Shown here one piece after another: positions 37,426 through 46,471 of a stretch of DNA of 64,000 nucleotides. The stretch is from the IMG/VR virus record IMGVR_UViG_3300021400_000063; one strand, written 5' to 3'. This DNA comes from a virus. Its lineage: Duplodnaviria > Caudoviricetes. The notes beneath the pieces are model-generated. The model had not been told where the DNA came from and made no database searches. It saw nothing but the letters and a program-made list of their open reading frames with translations. Position numbers and translations under genes: made by a program. The number at the start of each line of letters is the position of its first letter. The stretch's first letter is position 1.

Positions 37426-39498
37426 TTAAAAATCTAAGCCAACTAAACCACGACGCTGTAATCCCATAACAAAGTTATGTTTGAGATCATAATGTTCACG
37501 ATCGCTAACATTGTAAGAAACTATAAAACCATCGTCAACTTCATGATTAGGTGATTTATTTTCAGGTTGTTTTAATACGTCTCTAACAAGTTGATCGATT
37601 TTGTGTGAATCTCTAGATACAACAGGTTTAGCATAATTTGAACAGTATTTAAGAATTTTTGTCAAAGGTGGAAGATCAAATTTCCAAGCTCTGAAACCAA
37701 CAGTAAATTGATTAGGAACATATCTAGCTTCAGAAATCATATTTACAAGAGTTCCGTAAACAAATTCTGCAAAATTATTTACAGTTTCACTTACTTTTTC
37801 ATGTAATTTAATATCTGAATCTCTTACCGGTTTAGTCTGTTCCATCATACCAATTAACTTAGATGTAAGAATCAATAAATTAGATAATTCCATCCAAAGT
37901 TTTCTTGATAACTTGCTGTACATGAAGAACATATATTCGCCATTTGCAAGTTTTCCAGGATCATAAATACTGTTTTTACATGATTTAAATTCTGAAATAA
38001 TTGTCTGAATAAAATCACGAATATTGTAATCTGAAATAGATGAAGCCTTTCTTAACAGATCACCAAAATCATATGGTCTATAGAATTCACGAGTATATGA
38101 ACCCATTTCTATAGACTTAGAATAATGACCTTTACTATCATATTTTCTATGGAAATTTATCAAAACAGCATTTTCAAAGAAAACTGTAAATGTTTTTCTA
38201 AATAAAACAGATGCTTGATGTAAAATAAACTCGTCTTTATTAGAATCACTATAATCTGATATAGCCATAAACATTTGATTAATAAATTGATCATCACACA
38301 TATAATAATCTTTATTTATGTATTTGAATATTTTTTCAAATGTTTCATGATTCATTGAATCTGTTTCTTTAGCCATTCTAGGATCAACATGAGATTCTGA
38401 GAAATTAGCAAAGTAATTTACTTTAGTTACAAGATTCATTGTATCAGGATTTGATACAAGAAGTTTATTATATGAACCAATGAATTTTTGTAAGAAATGT
38501 CTCCAGTTTCCAGAAATATTGTAAGACATATCATAAATTTCCATAACAATACGTCTAGCAATCTTTTCACCGAAGTTTACATATTCACCCAATACAGAAC
38601 GAATATATTCGTCTCTAACAGTTTCGCCAGAATCTAAGAATTCAGGTAACTCATCAGGAAGTTTACAATTATTCATCAACCAGCTAATTATTTTATGCAT
38701 GTCTAAACATACTCTATAATTTACGACTGGAATAGAATCATAAATTGATGATCCAACGGTAAGTGAAATTCTTTCAATAAATGGCTTAACTTTGAAAGCT
38801 ATAGAACTAAGATTACTTTTACTTGTAGAATAAAAACAATCTGATCTATGAGCTGTATATTCTATACAGTTTTCAACGTCAAATCTGAAATTAGATTTAA
38901 TATTTTGAAGACCAAATCTTAACTTAGCTATTTCATCAAAATATTCATTTTTATTTAAAATAGCCGGAATATCACTATTGTGATTATCATGAAGAATATT
39001 TATGATAAATCTTCTAAAACATACTTCATCTTCTGGATCATCAATAGTTCTGATTCCATTAGTTTTATTATACTCATTAACCAATTCTTCTTCAACTTTC
39101 TTATTATCAGTAAGATTGTTAATTGATGTTACAAATGGTGAATATAATGAATTCTCATTAATCTTTACCATTTCTTCAATAGCTTCTTTATATTTATCAG
39201 GATTTGCAGACTTAAGTTTAACAAATTTCTGATAAGAATCCCAAATAATTCCAGCTCCAGCTTCTATACATCTATTAACAGCATCTGTAAAATCGTTATA
39301 AGATAAATATAGCTTTTTAGCAGAAATCTCAGGATTTATATAAAGAAGTGCACCAGTATCATAATTATAATCAACATCTTCGTTGAATGAACTGATAACA
39401 TTTGGAATTGATGTATCTGAAGGATGAACTTCAGAAGCAACAGAATTTTCCATCTGATGTACACCAGGCATATCTGGTGTTCTAATCAATGTTTCCAT
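37426..39498 (-). CDS. Large hypothetical protein (~690 aa)
   Basis: Start METLIRT at 39498 with AAGGAG RBS. No motif recognised. Confidence 0.6.
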   Translation of the reverse strand: METLIRTPDMPGVHQMENSVASEVHPSDTSIPNVISSFNEDVDYNYDTGALLYINPEISAKKLYLSYNDFTDAVNRCIEAGAGIIWDSYQKFVKLKSANPDKYKEAIEEMVKINENSLYSPFVTSINNLTDNKKVEEELVNEYNKTNGIRTIDDPEDEVCFRRFIINILHDNHNSDIPAILNKNEYFDEIAKLRFGLQNIKSNFRFDVENCIEYTAHRSDCFYSTSKSNLSSIAFKVKPFIERISLTVGSSIYDSIPVVNYRVCLDMHKIISWLMNNCKLPDELPEFLDSGETVRDEYIRSVLGEYVNFGEKIARRIVMEIYDMSYNISGNWRHFLQKFIGSYNKLLVSNPDTMNLVTKVNYFANFSESHVDPRMAKETDSMNHETFEKIFKYINKDYYMCDDQFINQMFMAISDYSDSNKDEFILHQASVLFRKTFTVFFENAVLINFHRKYDSKGHYSKSIEMGSYTREFYRPYDFGDLLRKASSISDYNIRDFIQTIISEFKSCKNSIYDPGKLANGEYMFFMYSKLSRKLWMELSNLLILTSKLIGMMEQTKPVRDSDIKLHEKVSETVNNFAEFVYGTLVNMISEARYVPNQFTVGFRAWKFDLPPLTKILKYCSNYAKPVVSRDSHKIDQLVRDVLKQPENKSPNHEVDDGFIVSYNVSDREHYDLKHNFVMGLQRRGLVGLDF

Positions 39499-39637
39499 TA
39501 TCTTTCTTCTCCTTAGAAGCATTTTTATCATCTTTACGAATAATTTTAATCTGAAAACCAGTTTTGGCTTCATTAACTTGTTTATCAAATGTATTTATAG
39601 GTAAAGATGAATTTTTAGGGTTTTTATTAGTATCCAT
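39482..39637 (-). CDS. Unannotated near-leaderless 51-aa ORF (MDTNKNPKNSSLPINTFDKQVNEAKTGFQIKIIRKDDKNASKEKKDNGNID)
   Basis: ATG lies 2 nt after the predicted +1 of late promoter 39637-39650. It fills the otherwise empty 140-nt leader and overlaps the next start by 17 nt. Confidence 0.5.
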   Translation of the reverse strand: MDTNKNPKNSSLPINTFDKQVNEAKTGFQIKIIRKDDKNASKEKKDNGNID

Positions 39638-39650
39638 ATATTATTGTGTC
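39637..39650 (-). promoter_or_regulatory. Late-type promoter
   Basis: GACA CAATAA TAT-ATG. Confidence 0.6.
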
Positions 39651-39670
39651 AAATTGAAAAGAAATAAAAT

Positions 39671-39700
39671 ATAAGTAGGTGGTCGAAACCACCTACTTAT
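39671..39700 (-). terminator. Terminator after MCP (UUCG loop)
   Basis: ATAAGTAGGTGGT-CGAA-ACCACCTACTTAT. Confidence 0.8.
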
Positions 39701-39744
39701 GTAATTCACAAGCTTAAATCAGCTGATCAAACTATTATCGATTA

Positions 39745-41703
39745 TTATTCACCAATTTTTGTGAATTCATAACCAATCTTAGAGTTGTCCATCTGCTGAT
39801 CGAAGTTATTTACTGGCATACCTGCGTTATCGAGAACTCCTTCGAGTGTGAGCTTGATAGCTGCTGCAGCGAAGTGTCCACGGTATTCACGACCACCAAG
39901 AATGATAGCTGTGCGGTTAGGCATATCAGGATCGATAGCTGTAAACATACGGATAGCATGTGGATAGTATACGAGGAATGGATATTCCATTGAGTATGTG
40001 CGGAGAGCACCGTATACAGAAGAACCACGTTCCTGCCAACGCTTATCAGTGTTACCGATAATACGTACTGAACGACCAAGGCTATCGATGTATCCACACT
40101 TAGTATCAACAGCGAATCCATAGTGTTCATTAACAGCAGAACCTTCAGCCTGTTCCTGGAGGTTAACAGCAGCGTTTTCAAACTTAACTTCAGGGAATTC
40201 AGTTACAACAGCGTCGTATCCCATAAGGATCCATTCACGTTTAACTGATGTAGGAATGTTAAGATCAGTATCAGCCATAGCGAGTACCTTGTTAAGGTAG
40301 TTCTTAAGACCGAACTTGTAATCCTGCAATCCAAGACCAGGTGTGAACTTAGAAATTCCGAATGAAAGATTGTTCTGGATGAATCCGCCCATCTTTCTTG
40401 TAAGTTCGAAAGTATCGATATCTACATCGTCATCAAGAACCTGCTTGATGAGGAAGTCTTCAGCTTCGAGTTCGCGGTTAGCGATTGTGTACTGAAGCAT
40501 TTTATCAGTAGCGTAAGCAGCATAAGAAATGTTGTTGTTACCACCGATACGGAAGTTATCAGCCATATATTCGTTGAGAGAAACTTTTGAGTAGTTTCTG
40601 TATTCACATTCACGAATGAACTGGAACTTATCAACACCCATTGTTGGGATATCTGTGATTTCGTTAGCTTCGTTAGAAACTTTACCATCAAACTTGAATC
40701 CCTTAATAAGTTTAAGAGCAGCAGCTGTAGGAGCTTTTACGAAGAGGATGAAATCACCATTATCGATATTTACACGCATGTAGATCTGGAGAACGATTGG
40801 TTCATCAAAGCCAGCAACATCTTTCAATGTATATGTAGCTTTCATATCACGTTCATTTGGCTGTCCAACCATAATAGAATAGTGGAGTTCTGTACGACGT
40901 GTTACAACTTCACCATCTTCACCATTCTGGAACTTAATTGCTGTAAGCTGATAGTTTGGTTCGATACCATACTTCATCTTATTGCGTCCAGATACAGTGA
41001 GAAGGTTACCCTTAACACCTGCAGTATCAGAACCGTCAGCAGCGTTGAGAAGGATGAACATATCTTCACCACACCATGTTTCAGGAGCAGTATATGTTCC
41101 AGCATTTGTATTAGGTGTTACCCAGTCAACCTGTGGAAGTTTGTTGAAACCTGTGATTTCGCCAGCACGGAAACACTGTGGGAAGAAGAACTTCTGATCA
41201 CCGATCTGTGCATAGTCGATATTGTATTCAAATTCAAGACGCATATTGTTCTTATTGTCAATATGCTGGAAGATTTCTTCTGAACGAGCAGAAGCAAGCC
41301 AACCACCAATAATGAATGGTGTTGTACCAAGTGCAAAACCACCCTGTGAAGATGCGTATACAGCTGTACCGCCACCCCAACCTTCCATACCGAATCCACC
41401 CTTATCAACAGCAGCTACTGTTTCACGAGTGTTATCCATAAGACGGTTGAAACGGCCCTGGAGAACTTTGTCACCAGCGAACATTTCAGCTGACAAGCTC
41501 TTTGCTTTAGCGAAGAGATTGTCATCGTCAACGATTCTTCCCCAGCCTTCTTTTCCGAACACTGACTGTGCTCCTACATACTTCTGAAGTTCATGCTGAT
41601 ACTTCTCAAGAGATTTGTAGTAAGACTGAGCGTGATCTTTCTTGTGAGATTCATATACTTTGGCAATATCTTCACGAGATAATTGAGTAAATGTATTAGC
41701 CAT
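39745..41703 (-). CDS. Major capsid protein precursor
   Basis: 652 aa with the strongest high-expression codon bias. Propeptide ending at GME/GW, YYPHAIRMF...YRG C-terminal motifs, next to DnaB as in phiKZ-like phages, strong terminator. Confidence 0.8.
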   Translation of the reverse strand: MANTFTQLSREDIAKVYESHKKDHAQSYYKSLEKYQHELQKYVGAQSVFGKEGWGRIVDDDNLFAKAKSLSAEMFAGDKVLQGRFNRLMDNTRETVAAVDKGGFGMEGWGGGTAVYASSQGGFALGTTPFIIGGWLASARSEEIFQHIDNKNNMRLEFEYNIDYAQIGDQKFFFPQCFRAGEITGFNKLPQVDWVTPNTNAGTYTAPETWCGEDMFILLNAADGSDTAGVKGNLLTVSGRNKMKYGIEPNYQLTAIKFQNGEDGEVVTRRTELHYSIMVGQPNERDMKATYTLKDVAGFDEPIVLQIYMRVNIDNGDFILFVKAPTAAALKLIKGFKFDGKVSNEANEITDIPTMGVDKFQFIRECEYRNYSKVSLNEYMADNFRIGGNNNISYAAYATDKMLQYTIANRELEAEDFLIKQVLDDDVDIDTFELTRKMGGFIQNNLSFGISKFTPGLGLQDYKFGLKNYLNKVLAMADTDLNIPTSVKREWILMGYDAVVTEFPEVKFENAAVNLQEQAEGSAVNEHYGFAVDTKCGYIDSLGRSVRIIGNTDKRWQERGSSVYGALRTYSMEYPFLVYYPHAIRMFTAIDPDMPNRTAIILGGREYRGHFAAAAIKLTLEGVLDNAGMPVNNFDQQMDNSKIGYEFTKIGE

Positions 41704-41732
41704 TTTATTTCTCCTTAAAAGAATAAAGGAAT

Positions 41733-42422
41733 TTAATTTTTACTAACCGGAGTAGATTTGTTATTCTGAGATAACTTACTATCACGTTTAGCTTTATCAC
41801 TTATCATACTGCTGAGTTTTTTAACTATAGTCTCGTATTGTTTAGTATACAACCTCAACTTAATTAAATTTTCCGGATTTTGTTGCATAATGAACGAATT
41901 ACGTTCTTCATCTAACATAGATTTGAGTTCACGTAGCTGAGTTAATTCAGACCAGTCAGCGTACATGTTATTATACTCTGTAATCGTATGTTGAATGGAG
42001 TCAGACAGTTCATTCAACTCACCAATAAGATAGTTTTTCTGATAAATTTGGGTAAATGGATTTAATGAAGATCCTCTATTTTTTTCTAGATCATCTACAC
42101 CAGTGGCTCCATCTGACCCATCTGATCCACCATCGGAAGAATCCATATCATCTCCACCAAAATCCCCATCGTCCATACTATCCATCTGAGAATCAAGTGA
42201 ATCCATATCATCTTCCATATCTCCTAAACCATCATCACCTGAATCACCGCCAGAAGATTCTTCATTAGCAGCATCTTCAAATGTTTCATCTTCAAGAGAT
42301 TGTTCGTAATCCTGGTGAATTATATCATTTTGTTCTATTTTTTTGTCCTCGAGGGACTCTGTGCTATTAGCTTTTGAACCAAAATCTGATGAAAAGCTAA
42401 GAATTTTAGAATGATTTATCAT
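41733..42422 (-). CDS. Acidic scaffold/prohead core-like protein
   Basis: Immediately upstream of the MCP, D/G-rich linker, STE/SLE sites, coiled-coil C-terminus. Confidence 0.5.
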   Translation of the reverse strand: MINHSKILSFSSDFGSKANSTESLEDKKIEQNDIIHQDYEQSLEDETFEDAANEESSGGDSGDDGLGDMEDDMDSLDSQMDSMDDGDFGGDDMDSSDGGSDGSDGATGVDDLEKNRGSSLNPFTQIYQKNYLIGELNELSDSIQHTITEYNNMYADWSELTQLRELKSMLDEERNSFIMQQNPENLIKLRLYTKQYETIVKKLSSMISDKAKRDSKLSQNNKSTPVSKN

Positions 42423-42451
42423 AAAAGTAGCCCTAAAGGTATAATTTAAGT

Positions 42452-42465
42452 TATATTATAATGTA
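42452..42465 (-). promoter_or_regulatory. Late-type promoter of scaffold-MCP operon
   Basis: TACA TTATAA TATA. Confidence 0.65.
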
Positions 42466-42479
42466 ATAAAGAAAAAAGT

Positions 42480-42645
42480 AAAAGAAAGGTGCTGGTTTTA
42501 CCCAGCACCTATTTATTTAAAGGTTTAAAAATAAATTAAACTCGAGAGATCTAATATCATCGACGATGAATACTAAATCTTAAGGAGAGTTATACGAATT
42601 ACACAATTCTAATTTGAAGATAAAGAATTTGAGCTTAATTTATTT
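42480..42645 (-). ncRNA. Candidate structured RNA (sRNA or helicase 3' UTR element)
   Basis: 15-bp closing stem 42631-42645/42529-42543 and internal stem AGAUUUAGUA/UAUUAGAUCU both pair fully only on the minus strand (G-U). Ends at terminator 42487-42510. Confidence 0.45.
42487..42510 (-). terminator. Intrinsic terminator
   Basis: AGGTGCTGG/CCAGCACCT plus U-rich tract on the minus strand. Confidence 0.75.
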
Positions 42646-42658
42646 ATAACCTGTTAAA

Positions 42659-44599
42659 TTAAGCATAAGCTACTTCTTCGTTAAAATCGCAGCTAACATA
42701 TTCTGTTTCTCCAATAATAAACGATCTATCATAATATGACATTTCAGAGTTAGACCAAACATAGAAATCTTCTGTTTCATAATCACCAGTATCAAGATAA
42801 TCAATCCATTTATTCCAATCGATATATTCGATAGGAACCTTTTCTTTAGAATTAAGGAAGTCTTCTCTTTCTTCAGTTGAAGATTTAACTTTAATAAGAT
42901 GATCTTTCGGAGGTGTTTTATGTTTATTATCTCTAATATCGATAATACCTCTAGAACCTTGATTCTGATTAGCATCATCAGTTCCAATTCCATCAGGAAT
43001 CTTAGGAAGTGACAATGGAGTCGAAAGATAGATATCATCATCAATGATAATACCATCACGAATTTTCATTACAAATGTTTCTGTACCAAACTTATTCTTA
43101 TAACGAGATTTATTTCTCTTAAACATCAACCAACGATCTTCACCATGAATTTCGATATCGATAAATGCTGACCATGAAACAGCCTGTTCAATACCATAAG
43201 ATTCACCAATGAATTCATTAGTCATTTGTGAAATAGCATTAACTCCACCTTGATTCTTTAAGTTTGTAAGAACCGCACCACCAGAACGGTTAATCTGATG
43301 AGCCGTAATAACTGGAATATCTCTATTCTTTGCAAGTGAAAGTAAATCATCTGCAATATTCTTTAACTGAAGACGGTTGTCCTTACCCATATCTTCCATT
43401 CTAGGTTTAATTAAACCTAAATAGTCAACAACACAAGCAATTACACGATATCCTTCTTCTTCAAGATTTTCAATAATAACATCAATTTCATCAACACTAA
43501 GAGATCTAGCATCGACATGTAAGAATGAAATATCAATAGGATTTTCTTCTTCACTATTAGTATTTCCAAAATTATGTTCCCAAGACTGATTAAGTTCTTC
43601 TCGAGATGTACATTTTCCAAGATCTTTTTTAACTACAGTCTTATACAAACGTTCATTATCTTCATCATTATCATTCTCCATACTAATGTGAAGAACTGTT
43701 GGAATTTTTCCAGTACGTTTAAATTCATCGATAACTCTTGAAGCATTATACTCCTTAATCATACGAGAAATATGAAGAAGCATTGCAGATTTAAATGAAT
43801 TAGTATTAGCATGAAGACAATATAAGTTTTTATTCTGGAATCCACCACGAGGTCCAAGTGCAGAGTTTAATGCTTGCCAACCTGTCTGTAAAGCAGATGC
43901 TGGATTACGAATAGCTTCATAAGTATCGTAAAGAATATCTAAGAATGTTGGATCTCCAGTATGAACAATTTCATTTGTCATTGAACTTGAATCTGTACTT
44001 CTGAAAAAGTTCATAATACTAGTAACTAAATCACGATATTGATGTAATAAATTTGGAAAATCTGTATAAGATGATGTTTCAATATCATTTGTTAATTCGA
44101 TAAGATTATCTTTTACATCGAGAATATATGAAAACTTAAGATTTTGATCTAGACTATTTGTAATATATTCAAGATCATCTTCAGGTAATTCATCTTTTGC
44201 AACATTAATCTGAGGTATAATTAATTGATCTCTTACTTTATCATAAGGTTCAACTAAAAGATTTTCAACTTTATATGTTAATGATTCTAATGAAACTCCA
44301 TGAGGATTTTTAGTTCTAATTGAAACTAATAAATCGCAAACAAGAAGCATAGCTTCTATATTTTCACTTCTACAATAATAATCTCTATCTATGATAGTTA
44401 GGAAACGTTTTATATTAGCAAGGGAACGTCTATTAACTGTAATGTCACTTGCTAAAACTTTTATAATCATGAGCAAAAAACGCTCAGAAACTAAATGTGA
44501 TCTATATTTTTTATTAGGTTTTCGTCTCTTAAATTCAGAATAATCAGTTGTACTATCGTACGATCCTAATGTTCCCATCTTCATATTGTTTAACTCCAA
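42659..44599 (-). CDS. dnaB: DnaB-like replicative helicase
   Basis: LQTGWQALN..GGF, Walker A variant ANTNSFKS, ISMEN, VVDYLGLI, PVITAHQINR. Confidence 0.88.
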   Translation of the reverse strand: MELNNMKMGTLGSYDSTTDYSEFKRRKPNKKYRSHLVSERFLLMIIKVLASDITVNRRSLANIKRFLTIIDRDYYCRSENIEAMLLVCDLLVSIRTKNPHGVSLESLTYKVENLLVEPYDKVRDQLIIPQINVAKDELPEDDLEYITNSLDQNLKFSYILDVKDNLIELTNDIETSSYTDFPNLLHQYRDLVTSIMNFFRSTDSSSMTNEIVHTGDPTFLDILYDTYEAIRNPASALQTGWQALNSALGPRGGFQNKNLYCLHANTNSFKSAMLLHISRMIKEYNASRVIDEFKRTGKIPTVLHISMENDNDEDNERLYKTVVKKDLGKCTSREELNQSWEHNFGNTNSEEENPIDISFLHVDARSLSVDEIDVIIENLEEEGYRVIACVVDYLGLIKPRMEDMGKDNRLQLKNIADDLLSLAKNRDIPVITAHQINRSGGAVLTNLKNQGGVNAISQMTNEFIGESYGIEQAVSWSAFIDIEIHGEDRWLMFKRNKSRYKNKFGTETFVMKIRDGIIIDDDIYLSTPLSLPKIPDGIGTDDANQNQGSRGIIDIRDNKHKTPPKDHLIKVKSSTEEREDFLNSKEKVPIEYIDWNKWIDYLDTGDYETEDFYVWSNSEMSYYDRSFIIGETEYVSCDFNEEVAYA

Positions 44600-44677
44600 A
44601 CTTTAAAATTCTTTATCTTCGTCCTATAATTATATATTCAAAAGAATTTTTAAAATTACAAACTTGAATACATCTTA

Positions 44678-45535
44678 ATGTCAATATATGATAATTTAGA
44701 GGCATGGAAAATGGACTATAATGAAAAAGAAGAATTAAGTAATAATAAAAAGATTTTTTTATTTAAATGGTTTATAAAATTTCTCGAAATATATGGTCAA
44801 GAAACATTTGGTGAATCCGCTTCAATAAATTGGGGTTTAGTACATGATGAAATAGTTGGTCATAGTATATGGTCAATGAATATAGAATTAGACAATTTAC
44901 TTTATAATGACCAGGAATCTTTAGATTCTGAAGAATTTAGAGATAAAGTATTTTCTTATATAGAAAATATGGTCTTAAAAGGTTATCCAATTTTTAGATT
45001 ATTTTATCTTCCAGAAAAACTTGAGAAATATTATGAAGATGAAATTAAACAAAATATTTATGAAAATGATAAAAAACGTTTTGCTAAATACAAATGTTTT
45101 AAATGTAAACACTATTGTGATAAGATAAAAGTCTATGTTGGTGATCCAGGAATGAATATTATGGGTGTTGCTCATATGAGTATTGATACTTTTAAAGAAA
45201 GATATCCTGATGCAGATATTGGATCTTTTAGATTAAATCATCATCAAATGTGTGATTTATTTGAAAAATATTTTAAAGAATTTGAAGATGAAGAGTCTAA
45301 AACTAAAGGTTATGTTTCATATTTTAATAGAGAAAAACGTTTTAACGATTGGATTGATAAACGTGAATATGCTAAAGGTGTAAAATTTCCAAAAGATGAA
45401 AATTATCATAGAGATTTAAAAAAAGAATATGAATTGAAACCTTTGTTAAATAGATGTAAATGTAATGAATATGAACCAATTGAAAATTTTTCATTCGACA
45501 ATTTTTTAGAAAAATACATAGAGCTTCCTTATTAA
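44678..45535 (+). CDS. Hypothetical protein with Cys cluster (CFKCKHYC...C...CKC)
   Basis: 285-aa ORF, possible Zn binding. Confidence 0.55.
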   Translation: MSIYDNLEAWKMDYNEKEELSNNKKIFLFKWFIKFLEIYGQETFGESASINWGLVHDEIVGHSIWSMNIELDNLLYNDQESLDSEEFRDKVFSYIENMVLKGYPIFRLFYLPEKLEKYYEDEIKQNIYENDKKRFAKYKCFKCKHYCDKIKVYVGDPGMNIMGVAHMSIDTFKERYPDADIGSFRLNHHQMCDLFEKYFKEFEDEESKTKGYVSYFNREKRFNDWIDKREYAKGVKFPKDENYHRDLKKEYELKPLLNRCKCNEYEPIENFSFDNFLEKYIELPY

Positions 45536-45539
45536 TTTA

Positions 45540-45554
45540 TATATTATACTAATG
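45540..45554 (+). promoter_or_regulatory. Early-type promoter
   Basis: TATATTATACTAATG. Confidence 0.6.
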
Positions 45555-45590
45555 TGACAGATAAATATATTTATAAAATGAGGGGTCAAA

Positions 45591-45929
45591 ATGTTATTTT
45601 GTCAACACGGTAGTACTGATAGCGGTTTATTTATCGGTAAATTAGAAACTGATGTATTAGGATTTGATGTTGTTAATGAATATATCCCTGAGCAAGGAGA
45701 TAGTTTCAAAAATACTTCATTTGTAGTGATTGATTTCAATAAACATGAAGCATGGTTATTGGATGATGAATGGATTTATTTTAATGTCGTTAGACATAAC
45801 GGATCCACATACAAACCTAATATAATAATCGCAACTAGCCATTATAAAAAAGTTTTTTATAGTGACTACATTGATATCATAAGCTATCGAAACAAACATA
45901 AAGCAATTCCAAATGTTGTTGTTTTATAA
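45591..45929 (+). CDS. Small early hypothetical protein
   Basis: Early promoter 45540-45554, GAGGGG RBS, terminator 45937-45961. Confidence 0.6.
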   Translation: MLFCQHGSTDSGLFIGKLETDVLGFDVVNEYIPEQGDSFKNTSFVVIDFNKHEAWLLDDEWIYFNVVRHNGSTYKPNIIIATSHYKKVFYSDYIDIISYRNKHKAIPNVVVL

Positions 45930-45936
45930 TGTAAAT

Positions 45937-45961
45937 AAAGAGAGGATCTATTCCTCTCTTT
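45937..45961 (+). terminator. Intrinsic terminator
   Basis: AAAGAGAGGA/TCCTCTCTTT plus T run. Confidence 0.75.
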
Positions 45962-45988
45962 TTTTTGTAAACTAATTGTTTTTTTTTG

Positions 45989-46003
45989 TATATTATATTA
46001 ATG
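45989..46003 (+). promoter_or_regulatory. Early-type promoter
   Basis: TATATTATATTAATG preceded by T-run. Confidence 0.6.
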
Positions 46004-46063
46004 AGGGTGGATGACTATAAACTCTTAATAAAAATAAATTAATTATAGTCAAGGGTAAGTTAT

Positions 46064-46414
46064 ATGATAACATTTAAGAAAATTTTGCTTCCAATTGAGA
46101 AAATGGAAGAAATCATTGGAGACTATAACAGAGTTTCCAATGAAATCATGGAACAGCATGGTAAGCAATTAATTGCTTACTATAAGTCATTGAATAAATA
46201 TTCGACTAAAGAAATAGTCGATATTACTGGCGAGAAAATCGCCTTATTAACTAAGATCAGATTTGAACATGATCTTAGAGATATTTATGATCCATGCGAA
46301 TCTGATCCAATACTTGTTGAAAGACAAGAAGATCTCATGTACAGTATGCTATACGCTACTGAAACATATATGGATTTAAGAAGGTTGAATAAACTTAATA
46401 TTAAGAACTATTAA
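46064..46414 (+). CDS. Small early hypothetical protein
   Basis: Early promoter 45989-46003, terminator 46432-46467. Confidence 0.6.
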   Translation: MITFKKILLPIEKMEEIIGDYNRVSNEIMEQHGKQLIAYYKSLNKYSTKEIVDITGEKIALLTKIRFEHDLRDIYDPCESDPILVERQEDLMYSMLYATETYMDLRRLNKLNIKNY

Positions 46415-46431
46415 GTTTATTCGAATGAAAT

Positions 46432-46467
46432 AATAAAACTACCCGATATTATTCGGGTAGTTTTATT
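46432..46467. terminator. Bidirectional terminator
   Basis: AATAAAACTACCCGA/TCGGGTAGTTTTATT. Confidence 0.8.
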
Positions 46468-46471
46468 TTTT

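Noticed and set aside
37426-39498. Chimallin (nuclear shell) or RNAP subunit identity for the large unknown ORF
   Set aside because: Only the size is compatible. No motif recognised, so left as hypothetical.
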